A stretch of DNA of 29,831 nucleotides from Spirochaetaceae bacterium (GCA_041686355.1 JAWLDZ010000011.1:28674-58504); one strand, 5' to 3'. Shown: positions 18,167 through 26,886, counted from the first letter of the stretch. Made by a program: numbers and translations. Notes: a model not told the origin generated them from the letters alone.

Positions 18167-19586
18167 GGGAACCTCCATAGGACTCAGGGCTCAGACTTTT
18201 CAGCACCCCCGGGATATAGCGGGATAAACCACAGGTTTGTAAAAGAGAACACTCCATTTCCAGGCAGCTGCGGCTGATTCGATACAGTTCGAGCAGGCTG
18301 TCCGTATATGTCTGGTGTGTTTCTACCAGGTCGCGAAGGTCTTCATCTCCAAAATCAAACTGATCAGCCTTGATGCTGCAGCTTTCGCGGTGCAGTTGGG
18401 TCTGCGCAAGAAGGTTCTTCTGTACTTCTTTCAGATGGGATAATTCGCCGTACAGTCTGAGGGCTCGGGTACTCGCGGAAGAACGGGCCACTTGGAGCTT
18501 CTGCCGGGCCTGCTGCAGCTGCAGGCGAAGCATGCTTCGCGTCTCCGACGTTTTTTGTGAAAAATCAACAGCCCCATGGGCAGATGAACTGCCGGCATAG
18601 GTATAGGAGGAGTAGTTGGAAGTATTTCCGGCGGCGGCTTCCATTTTTCCGGCTCCGCCGCTCAGCTGCAGACCGAAACTGAGGGACGGAGAAGCGGGGG
18701 GGAACTCAGAGCTCATAAAATCTATACGGGCGAAAACTAAGGTCTGCGGGCAGAACTGCCGGAGTGCAAGGGAGTACCGGTCGGCGGTAGTGCGGCATCG
18801 AATCTCCTGTTGGATAACCTCGGTATTGTTCTTCTGAGCCGCCTCTTTATAAAAGGCGGGCTGTGAGGGCAGCTGAGAGCCGATGCTGCCGGTATAAAAT
18901 CGAGGTAAACTCCCCTTCAGCTGGGAAGTCGGCGGGCTCTCTGAACCCAGAGACAACTCAAGCCGGGAGTACAAATTCTGTAAACGAAGCTCCTCGGCGC
19001 CCACTTCCAACTGTTTGGTTTCATACTCTAGACCAAGCCGGCGATAGCGCTGTGCGCTGATAGTGGCCGAAGTATGCTGTTGATCGGCACTGTGCAGATG
19101 CCGGGAGTATAGCTCCAGTAATTGCTCCATATGCTTTAGCGCTGTCTTGGAATAGAGAATATTTAGACAGAGTTCGGTAATTTGCGAGCTAATTGCCTCT
19201 CTCCGCAGTCGAATTTCTAGCTTAAGCTGCTCCAGCTTACGGGCCTTCTCCTGTTCGGAGAACCAGGAGCTGCCTTGATCGGTGAGCTCTACCTCAATCC
19301 CGACACCCAGCTTATGAGTAAGTCTGTAAGGCTCCTCCAATCCGTAGCTTTCACTGCCCTCATATTCTACAAACACACGTGGAAGACGGGCCCTCAGCTG
19401 GGGGGATAAGCTGCTGCGGGCTTGGTGGAGCCTCTTCTCTATCTGCTGCAGCTGCAGATCGGACTCTTGAGCCTGCTGAATAGCCTCTGCGACAGAGATT
19501 GCTTCGGCCGCCGCTCCGGTGCTTCCCTGCCAAAACATACTCAGCAGGAGAAGGAAAGACTCAAGGCACAGGAGGGGCTGCTTCAT
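18150..19586 (-). CDS. Outer-membrane efflux protein, TolC/OMF family
   Basis: 478 aa. Signal peptide, then the OMF signature start ISVAEAIQQAQESDLQLQQIEKRLHQARSSL. Two-fold internal repeat of long helical segments. Confidence 0.75.
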   Translation of the reverse strand: MKQPLLCLESFLLLLSMFWQGSTGAAAEAISVAEAIQQAQESDLQLQQIEKRLHQARSSLSPQLRARLPRVFVEYEGSESYGLEEPYRLTHKLGVGIEVELTDQGSSWFSEQEKARKLEQLKLEIRLRREAISSQITELCLNILYSKTALKHMEQLLELYSRHLHSADQQHTSATISAQRYRRLGLEYETKQLEVGAEELRLQNLYSRLELSLGSESPPTSQLKGSLPRFYTGSIGSQLPSQPAFYKEAAQKNNTEVIQQEIRCRTTADRYSLALRQFCPQTLVFARIDFMSSEFPPASPSLSFGLQLSGGAGKMEAAAGNTSNYSSYTYAGSSSAHGAVDFSQKTSETRSMLRLQLQQARQKLQVARSSASTRALRLYGELSHLKEVQKNLLAQTQLHRESCSIKADQFDFGDEDLRDLVETHQTYTDSLLELYRISRSCLEMECSLLQTCGLSRYIPGVLKSLSPESYGGSHALQQ

Positions 19587-20121
19587 CGTTCTTTTCCAGG
19601 TGCAGCAGACGCAGGGCGATTTGTCTGAATTCTCCTGCTTTGCTGTGAAGGCCTATGTGGTGATACATCTCCGCCCGGGTCAAATAAATTCCCGCAATGC
19701 CGGTTACACAACCGGCACCCCATTCAAGCAATGCTACTGCCTCGGTGTAGTTTCCCTGTTCAAAGCGGCACTTTCCTAGGAGCAGCAGCAGTTCCGGATG
19801 CTCCGGAATTATCTGGAGATATGGTGAGAGCAGCTCGTACGCCGGCTCGGGATGATTTTCCATTAGAAGGGCTCGCGCTTTCCATTTATCCATACGAAAA
19901 CCATAGGGAAATTGGGTCTCACTTTTCTCCCATATGTTCAGGGCTTCTGCATAACGGCCGGCAAAAAATTCCTTTTTCCCGGACTCCAACAGCTCATCGA
20001 ATATACCCGCTTGCTGCTGAGGACTACCAAGGGGCACAGAGTCGGATGAGTAGCTTGGGCTGCAGCCCAGCAGCATCCATATGCAACTGCCTGCCATCAG
20101 TTTTTGAATCCGGCATCCCAT
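19561..20121 (-). CDS. TPR-repeat lipoprotein (first gene of efflux operon)
   Basis: Start set at the ATG at 20119-20121, with RBS AAAGGAGGT 7 nt upstream. The TTG at 20124 used by the ORF track is too close to the RBS. Lipobox LLGC. TPR-like helices (GRYAEALNIWEKS...LLLLGKCRFEQGNYTEAVALLE). Confidence 0.6.
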   Translation of the reverse strand: MGCRIQKLMAGSCIWMLLGCSPSYSSDSVPLGSPQQQAGIFDELLESGKKEFFAGRYAEALNIWEKSETQFPYGFRMDKWKARALLMENHPEPAYELLSPYLQIIPEHPELLLLLGKCRFEQGNYTEAVALLEWGAGCVTGIAGIYLTRAEMYHHIGLHSKAGEFRQIALRLLHLEKNDEAAPPVP

Positions 20122-20236
20122 CAATCTAACCTCCTTTCATGGATATAGAGGCGGGTTGGAGCTTGTGTGCTTTTTTTTATGGCGGGGCTGAAGCACAGCC
20201 GTGTGTGTACCTGTCTTGCTTTATGAGGAGGAGTGT

Positions 20237-23200
20237 ATGAAAAGAGAAATTTGTATTGCGGCGGTGCTCTGCTGCAGCCTTGGCGGTATCGGAGGCTGGT
20301 CCGATTCCATGTATCATCAGGACCCAATTCAATCCTACATCACGAGTGTGCAGGAAAAAAGTCGAATTTACAGCAGACAGCTTCGCAGAGCATCCCAAGC
20401 CGAAGGGGAAGCTTTGCTGCGGGAGTATAAGCACGAGCTTCGGCAGCGCGCGGAAGAACTGGTATCGGAATGGCAGGGGGAGCGGCAGACAGAAGCGCCT
20501 GCCAATGTAGATCCGGCGGAGGTTGAAGAAGAGATTGAAAAAGCGGTTGAAAAAGTCCAACAGTCCATTGGAAGGAGGCGAGCAGAGTATCTCCGTCAGT
20601 TTGAGCGTCTGACCGAACTCTATGCCGATCGCTATCTGGAGCCGCAGCTAGCTGAAAGGCGTCAGAGCCAAAGCAGTACGGCTGGGGGAACCGGCCCGCT
20701 GCAGCGGATAAAAGAGGAAATGCAGTTGTATGCGGGGGGTAAATCGAACTCATTCTCGGCTCTGGATCAATGGGAGAAGGCTGAGTATCAGCTGCTTGAT
20801 CAAAGGATGGAGTGGGAGCGGAATATCGAAAACCGCTACGCCGACGAGTTGAAACAAATTAAGGCTGAGTATCAGCGCATTGACGACCAGACCAGTTGCC
20901 GGTTGGAAGCACTGCAGCAGCACTACGATCAGGGTCTGCAGCTTTGGCAGCGGCGGGAGCAGGAATTTGATTCCGCGTGGAGCGTGGAGCTTGAGCAGTT
21001 GAAGCGTGATGTGGACGAAAGAAATGCTGAGGCTGGAGAGCTGTATGCTCACTTGGCCGGTGCCTATCACAATTCCCAGGCGCTGATTGCCGAGGCGGAG
21101 GCCCACTTGTATGCGGGGGAAGATGTGTCGTCTTGGCAAAAGGTGCGCGCTGAGGAACTGGAGGCGTGCACAGACATTGAGGCCGCCTACATGGATTTAA
21201 TGCGTCCGGGTATGCAGGTTCCCGCGGCACTCCTAGAGCAGGAGATGAGCGGGGTGAAGATACAACTTGAAGCAGTCGGAGGACGAGTGGATATGCTGCA
21301 GTCTTTAGTGGACTTTATCAACCTGCCGGAGGAGGAACGAGATGTGGTGCAGCTTCAGCAGCTAAAGAGCGGACAAGCCGCAGAGTACCTCCGGCTGTTG
21401 AAAAGCGAAGGGGTGTTAAGTGAAGCAGCTGCCGAAGCGTATGCCGGCTACATTCTCACCGGAATAAAGGTGTCAATTGGAAAAGGGGATGCAGACGGGA
21501 TCTTATCCGAGCAGCAGAATGAACTAAAGAAGAAACTTCAGGCTGGGCGCGAGGAGTATGCACAGCTCCAGGCTATATATGAACAGTTCAGCACAATGTC
21601 TTCTGCCGCCCGCGATGAGGCTGGAGGCTCTGCAGAGTTGTTGCAGCAAAGCTTAGACTTGAAGTCTCAGGCAGAACTCCATCAGATAACGGGACAGCTC
21701 GAACAGGCCGAGGCATTCCTTTCCGCTCGCCGACAGCTGTATCGACAAGAAATATCAGAGCTCAGCTCCCAGTTCCAAGAGGGTCTTATGAGTTTGTTTC
21801 CCCAGATGCAGATTCAGTGTGAACCTATCCACCTAGGCAGCTCCCTTAACGGCGAAAGTTGGGACAGCCTTCAGGTCATGCCCGACGCAGAGGAGTATGC
21901 CCAGCAGCCGGAACTGCTGCGGCGGGATGCTCTGATTTGGGCAAATGAAATGGAGCGGGAGCGGGAATCGCAGCGGCTGGACTCTTTTCTAAAGGAGTGT
22001 GCCTTGGCTCTGTACCATGAGGATAATGAGCTTCTTGATCCGGGCTATGCTTCGAATAATCAAATCTACAAGAAACTGCAGAGTAAACTGCACAGCTCCC
22101 CTCAACACTACTTGGCAGCTCCTGCCCGAGGGGCTTACAACTCTATTGCAAAGGATGCGCGCAAGCTGAGACTGTATCGTTTCTACGCCATGGCTATCCA
22201 GGCACAGCCCGATCAGACAGCTTCGCCACTAAGCCAGGCGGCGGTGGAAGATCTGGGAGAGCTGCTATTTAAGGAGATCGTGGAGCATGCCCGGCGGAAG
22301 TCCACCGCTCTTAATCGGAAGCGCAAGGATTTATTAAAACAGGCTAAAGTTTATGCGGGATTAGCAGCTGCATGTTATGCAACCCTGAATGTTCCCCGGG
22401 GAGCTGCATTTACTGCCGCTGCGGCCGGGTATGCAGCTACTGCTGCGGATGTGAAAGCGAAAAGAGACGACATGAACGCCCTGAAAAAGAGTGTATCGGA
22501 ACAAGCCATGGATGGCTCTGCAGAGCGGCGGCAGGTTAAACAGGAGCTGGCCGGCCTATCCGTCAACCAGTCAGAACTCCACCGTATAAAGGGGCGGATT
22601 GCCTATCTTGAACAGGAGACCCACAGCGATGAGTATTGGAGGCAGCAAATAAAAAATGGGAAGGGAGAATTTAACTTTACCCGGTTTTATGAGGATGACG
22701 CTTTAAAAGCCGAGCCTTTGTATCAATTTATGAACGCAGCTGCAGTCGGGGACAGCTCCGTCTCTGCATCCGCATCTATCTCTGAGGAGCCTAAAGGCAC
22801 GCTCACCGAATATATACAGAAGCTTATCGAAGCTGCTTCCGAGAGGAACGAAGCGCTGGCGGAGCTTCGCCATGGGCTGAATGCACGGCTGCTGCCCGAA
22901 CTTGCCGAATATCCTGCAATAAGTTCCCGAGGAGCGGTCTATCCGCGACTGGCAGAGTCGGAGCTGCAGCTGCAGAGTTTATACGGCCATGGGCAGGCGG
23001 CGTTTAACCTTTCTGGTGGACTGGATGAGGCGGAGTTTGCATCAATGCTTTCGCTGGTGCAGCTGGGGGGAGTAACACGTGTGATGAAGGCCCGCTCTCG
23101 CAGGGCGCAGCTTAAACAGCAGTTACTTGATCAGAAAGGTTTGTGGGAACAGCACCTGAGCCTGACAACTGCATCTCAACAAAGTCATAGAGAAGCACAG

Positions 23201-26200
23201 CTTGAGAGGCTGCGGAAGTCCAGCCTGCAGTGGGACCGTGATTTCCGCAGGGCCTACCTAGAGCAACAACAGACCTGGGGTCAGCGTCTGAATAAGCTTC
23301 ATGGCGCCCGTAGTGTCTGGCTGGAGCAGACCCTGCATACTAAGGCCGGAGAGGTATGTGCTCGGGGAGAGAACTTTTTGAAGCTGAATCCTCAAGGGGC
23401 GGTGAGAAATTACACATTAGTTTCAATGGATCAGCTACCAAGCTGGGAAGCACCGGTTACAGCCAATTATTCCCCGACAGAGCGGGATGTGTTGAAATTG
23501 GATGTTTCAGGGATGGGCGGTCTTATTCCGGAATTGGAACAGACACGCAGCAGCTATACCGAGTACCGGCAGTCTGTACACCGGCTGTATGCTGCTGCAC
23601 AACAGCGGGCCGAACAAGCGGCACAGGAAGCGGGACTGCAGCGCTTTTCTCTATCCCTTCAAGAGCATCAGCAGCAGCTGACCCGATCGCTGCAGCAGGC
23701 GAATGGGATGGTAGCTGACTCCCTGCACAACAGCTTGCGGGCGGCGGGATACCGTAAACACGGCAGCTCCTTTCAGCGTAACGCTATTGTTGATGTAACT
23801 TACTTCGAACATGAGCGTGAGCTGCAGAGCATAGGGGAATACCGCAGTTACCAGCTGCCTGAACTCGATTGGCAGCAGCGTCTGCAGGTACTGTGTGGAC
23901 AGGTGAAAAGTGTGAAAAACCTGGAGAGCGGGTATCGTCAACTATTGGAGCAGATAGAAGCCCAAAGGCAACTGGTGTTTGGCGGATACGACGAGAATAG
24001 GGAGTCCCTCCTGCAGCAGGTGGATACACACATTCGGCAGGAATTTCAGCAGGTGGCGTTGGGCTTTACCGGGTCGGCCGGGTACCGGGAACATAAAGAC
24101 TTGAAGGGGCTTTTCCACTGGCATGTCGGGTACGCCCCTAAAATGAGTGAGAGCGAGCCTGAGCGGGTTCAGCAAAAGGGGTATGGTCAAACCGGACGAA
24201 TATTGACCGCGTATTATATAGATGAAGCCCGCCTTGGGCGGGGGTTGGGAATGATGGAGAGCGCTGGTTGGGACCGACGATTATGGGATGATGATGCTGA
24301 TAATGACGGCGAGGCCGACAGCTGGATGCGGGCGGCAACTATCCGAAGTGTAAGTGATTTGGGTATAAAAACCGTCGCAGGTCTGAGTCTGGGGCCGCTT
24401 GCCGCGGTGTTAACTGGACTGAGCGATGATGCATTCTTTGCCGTCGCGGATACCGCCGCCGGCTACAAAACCTGGGATGAGTCGGCATTTGCCTTTGGGA
24501 AGCAAGTGGCGGTACAGGCAGCGTCTGCCGCGAGTGCCGGTATCTGGGACACTCTGAAGGCAGTTCCCGCTTGGGATGAACAGGCTGGAGTGTTCCGTAA
24601 TGTGCTTCCTGCGGCGGGAAAGGCGGCGGGGGGGCAGTTAGTCCAGTCCGGTGCAGCAGGGGTCAATTATACCCATTCCGACGGCTGGGACTGGGACTAT
24701 GGGCGTTTTTCCGACAGCCTGTATAACCCGTCGGCCGCAGTGAAGGTTGGTCTGGCCGCAGCCGGAGCATTTAGCAGTGCAGTAAGTCACAATCAGATTC
24801 TGCAGAAGGAGCATACCATTGGTTTTGCATATGAGGATATTGAAGATATGAGGTCCGGAGTTGCCCTGAGTGGCGACCTTCTCGCTAGTGCTGTTGAATA
24901 CAGCCTTACCGGTGAAACCAGCTGGAATGTATTGGGAATTGAAGGGAACGGCCTTCTGGAGTTCCACTTGGCAGATGGAGACGCCTCTTTTGCCCTCGGC
25001 CGCACTGGGCGCCGTATTTCTGCTGAACGCCTTGCAGAGCTCTACCAGGGGGGCCAGCTGTTTAGCCTGCAGCAGCGGATTGCAGGTTTGAGCCGGCAGT
25101 ACAGCGACCCCTATGAACGCCGGAGTGTAGCAAAAATGCTGCGCTTTCAAGCGGGATTCGGTGATGACTATGGTCGGAGAGTGTTAGATGAGATTTTAAG
25201 GGGAGATGTGAGACTCTCGTTCCTCGGACAGGAAGAGCACGGCGGATTGGAATACCGCGGACGGACACACATCGACAGCAGGGGAACCAAGGAAATTTTG
25301 ATCTCCCTGCAGCAGCATGAACGCCTGTTGGATCCATCCCTAGGGCTAACTCTGCAGCATGAAGCCCATCGGGATGGCCGGTACCTGCCGAACAACACCC
25401 AGGAGACCCTGGAGGCTGTACTCTCCCATACAGCCATGGCTGCCGGGATTTCCAAAGATCACCTATATGGTAGTGATTTTCTAGGTGAGGATAGTCTGGT
25501 TTTGCAGGATATGGCTGCTATTGCATCTGGAGAGGGTGGACTGGCCGCGCTTAAGCGGAAGTATGATTCCGAGGGTGACTATTGGAGAATTACCTCTGAT
25601 GGCGATTTGCTGTGGGATGGTTCCCACCACCTGTGGGGAGAGAACGGGATCCTGCTGCAGACCCACGCCCCGGGTTCCTTCAGCCAGGATGTGGCCGACT
25701 ACATGGGGGTTAGCCGCGGGGAGGCACTGGATTTAATGCACAAAGCCGGATTTATGTGGAACGAATCGATGGGCACCTATCAGAAACAGGCTTCCGATTT
25801 CAGTTTGAAGGTTCGACCGGAATTAGCGGCGCACTACGATCTGCTGCGCCGGTTTAGCGAGCGGCCTGTCGTTGATAATGGAGCGGTCAACAGTCAAAGT
25901 GCCTACGCCTGGGCTTTGCGGGAGCATCATTATCTTACACAGGGTATTCAGAGGGGAGGGGCGGTTGACCCGCAGTATGCTGCAGCCATGGAGGTACTGC
26001 TCGCCGATCCTGTGGCCTTTCAGCAGGCAGCCGGCCTGGTTGATGCGGCGGAATTTGAAGGCATTAGTTCCAAAGCAGAGCTGAGGCAGTATTCTCAGCA
26101 GCGCTTAGAGACGGCGGTTACCGGCGCTCCCCTGGATGCTGCGGCGGGTAATGGCTACTGCCTGGCGGAGTCTATTGCAGCCCATTATGTGGACACCTTT

Positions 26201-26581
26201 GCCGAGGTCGATTGGGATGATATCGAGGGCGCATTTCGAAGTGTTGAATGGGGATCGAGTTTTGATACTTCCACTGGATGGGTCGGTGATAAGCAACGTT
26301 TTTCGGAGGAGCTCTCGAAAGGCTTGGGGGTAGATGCGGTGGTAAGGGAGTTTCGGTTTAACTCTTTGGATGAACTGAAGGTTTTCCTTCAGGAGAATGC
26401 CGGAAGCGATGTTTTTGATGACATCTCTTTTGTTGCCGATTATGGCGGACATTTTACACATGTACGAAAAGACGGAATTGAATTAAATTCTTATCAGGGT
26501 TGGAGTCACCCTGAAAACGAATCCGAAGCCGGACCGGAGAACTGGAGGCTGTATGGCTGGGATTACAGCAAAAATTGGTAA
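20237..26581 (+). CDS. Giant (2114 aa) secreted or membrane-anchored coiled-coil protein with C-terminal globular region and putative papain-like Cys/His motif
   Basis: ATG at 20237 with RBS AGGAGG 5 nt upstream; the GTG extension to 20201 has no RBS. Signal peptide MKREICIAAVLCCSLGGIGG. About 1300 aa are Q/E/L/R-rich with heptad-like periodicity. The last ~800 aa are W/G/D/Y-rich and end with GNGYC(26159)LAESIAAHY ... DYGGH(26450)FTHVRKDG. Confidence 0.75.
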   Translation: MKREICIAAVLCCSLGGIGGWSDSMYHQDPIQSYITSVQEKSRIYSRQLRRASQAEGEALLREYKHELRQRAEELVSEWQGERQTEAPANVDPAEVEEEIEKAVEKVQQSIGRRRAEYLRQFERLTELYADRYLEPQLAERRQSQSSTAGGTGPLQRIKEEMQLYAGGKSNSFSALDQWEKAEYQLLDQRMEWERNIENRYADELKQIKAEYQRIDDQTSCRLEALQQHYDQGLQLWQRREQEFDSAWSVELEQLKRDVDERNAEAGELYAHLAGAYHNSQALIAEAEAHLYAGEDVSSWQKVRAEELEACTDIEAAYMDLMRPGMQVPAALLEQEMSGVKIQLEAVGGRVDMLQSLVDFINLPEEERDVVQLQQLKSGQAAEYLRLLKSEGVLSEAAAEAYAGYILTGIKVSIGKGDADGILSEQQNELKKKLQAGREEYAQLQAIYEQFSTMSSAARDEAGGSAELLQQSLDLKSQAELHQITGQLEQAEAFLSARRQLYRQEISELSSQFQEGLMSLFPQMQIQCEPIHLGSSLNGESWDSLQVMPDAEEYAQQPELLRRDALIWANEMERERESQRLDSFLKECALALYHEDNELLDPGYASNNQIYKKLQSKLHSSPQHYLAAPARGAYNSIAKDARKLRLYRFYAMAIQAQPDQTASPLSQAAVEDLGELLFKEIVEHARRKSTALNRKRKDLLKQAKVYAGLAAACYATLNVPRGAAFTAAAAGYAATAADVKAKRDDMNALKKSVSEQAMDGSAERRQVKQELAGLSVNQSELHRIKGRIAYLEQETHSDEYWRQQIKNGKGEFNFTRFYEDDALKAEPLYQFMNAAAVGDSSVSASASISEEPKGTLTEYIQKLIEAASERNEALAELRHGLNARLLPELAEYPAISSRGAVYPRLAESELQLQSLYGHGQAAFNLSGGLDEAEFASMLSLVQLGGVTRVMKARSRRAQLKQQLLDQKGLWEQHLSLTTASQQSHREAQLERLRKSSLQWDRDFRRAYLEQQQTWGQRLNKLHGARSVWLEQTLHTKAGEVCARGENFLKLNPQGAVRNYTLVSMDQLPSWEAPVTANYSPTERDVLKLDVSGMGGLIPELEQTRSSYTEYRQSVHRLYAAAQQRAEQAAQEAGLQRFSLSLQEHQQQLTRSLQQANGMVADSLHNSLRAAGYRKHGSSFQRNAIVDVTYFEHERELQSIGEYRSYQLPELDWQQRLQVLCGQVKSVKNLESGYRQLLEQIEAQRQLVFGGYDENRESLLQQVDTHIRQEFQQVALGFTGSAGYREHKDLKGLFHWHVGYAPKMSESEPERVQQKGYGQTGRILTAYYIDEARLGRGLGMMESAGWDRRLWDDDADNDGEADSWMRAATIRSVSDLGIKTVAGLSLGPLAAVLTGLSDDAFFAVADTAAGYKTWDESAFAFGKQVAVQAASAASAGIWDTLKAVPAWDEQAGVFRNVLPAAGKAAGGQLVQSGAAGVNYTHSDGWDWDYGRFSDSLYNPSAAVKVGLAAAGAFSSAVSHNQILQKEHTIGFAYEDIEDMRSGVALSGDLLASAVEYSLTGETSWNVLGIEGNGLLEFHLADGDASFALGRTGRRISAERLAELYQGGQLFSLQQRIAGLSRQYSDPYERRSVAKMLRFQAGFGDDYGRRVLDEILRGDVRLSFLGQEEHGGLEYRGRTHIDSRGTKEILISLQQHERLLDPSLGLTLQHEAHRDGRYLPNNTQETLEAVLSHTAMAAGISKDHLYGSDFLGEDSLVLQDMAAIASGEGGLAALKRKYDSEGDYWRITSDGDLLWDGSHHLWGENGILLQTHAPGSFSQDVADYMGVSRGEALDLMHKAGFMWNESMGTYQKQASDFSLKVRPELAAHYDLLRRFSERPVVDNGAVNSQSAYAWALREHHYLTQGIQRGGAVDPQYAAAMEVLLADPVAFQQAAGLVDAAEFEGISSKAELRQYSQQRLETAVTGAPLDAAAGNGYCLAESIAAHYVDTFAEVDWDDIEGAFRSVEWGSSFDTSTGWVGDKQRFSEELSKGLGVDAVVREFRFNSLDELKVFLQENAGSDVFDDISFVADYGGHFTHVRKDGIELNSYQGWSHPENESEAGPENWRLYGWDYSKNW

Positions 26582-26648
26582 TTAAAACCTTCACGAGTGT
26601 CGATCTTTATGATATGATCACCTAAGTAATATATAGAGGAGAATCACA

Positions 26649-26783
26649 GTGAGCCCATCGGACACATTAGTTTCAATAGCGCAAGCAGTAATTTTCTTTT
26701 CAACAATTGGTATAATTATTTTTGGGCTGGTTCAATGGAACCGTGAAAAAGTCGCTCCCGCCGAGGCGGAAGAAAAAAAGTAA
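26649..26783 (+). CDS. Micro-ORF: 44-aa single-pass membrane protein
   Basis: GTG start with strong RBS AGAGGAGAA 5 nt upstream. Product MSPSDTLVSIAQAVIFFSTIGIIIFGLVQWNREKVAPAEAEEKK has one hydrophobic helix and a charged tail. It lies 67 nt after the giant gene and just before the terminator hairpin. It is below the ORF-track length cutoff. Confidence 0.4.
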   Translation: MSPSDTLVSIAQAVIFFSTIGIIIFGLVQWNREKVAPAEAEEKK

Positions 26784-26807
26784 ACCTACATAATAGAGTA
26801 CATTTAA

Positions 26808-26850
26808 TAACCGAGGACTTCTTCCGAAAAGGATGAAGACCTCGGTTTAG
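26808..26850. terminator. Bidirectional Rho-independent terminator
   Basis: Hairpin CCGAGGACTTCTTCC-gaaaa-GGATGAAGACCTCGG with 2 mismatches, followed by TTTAGTTT on the plus strand and by TTATTAAATG (A/T-rich) on the minus strand. It sits between the convergent micro-ORF and tpx. Confidence 0.55.
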
Positions 26851-26886
26851 TTTGTAAGCCCGTCAGAGCGCCCCTAGGGCCTCCGC

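Noticed and set aside
20201-20236. GTG-initiated 12-aa leader on the giant ORF (MCVPVLLYEEEC)
   Set aside because: There is no RBS upstream of the GTG. AGGAGG sits 5 nt before the ATG at 20237, which begins a typical signal peptide (MKREICIAAVL...).
20340-21230. Several 120-140-aa minus-strand ORFs opposite the 5' part of the giant gene
   Set aside because: They are antisense to the coiled-coil coding region. Their frames stay open because of GC-rich, Q/E-codon-biased sequence, and their products are P/A/R-rich nonsense.
20237-26581. Possibility that the giant protein is a T1SS RTX adhesin exported by the neighbouring TolC system
   Set aside because: No GGxGxDxUx nonapeptide repeats and no C-terminal T1SS signal are visible. 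The protein has an N-terminal Sec-type signal peptide. The neighbouring system is RND-type with no T1SS ABC-C39 exporter.
26872-26879. CCCTAGGG perfect palindrome just upstream of the tpx stop
   Set aside because: It is only 8 bp and lies within or adjacent to the tpx 3' end. It is too short to be a meaningful hairpin or operator, and the terminator function is better explained by the 15-bp-stem hairpin at 26808-26842.
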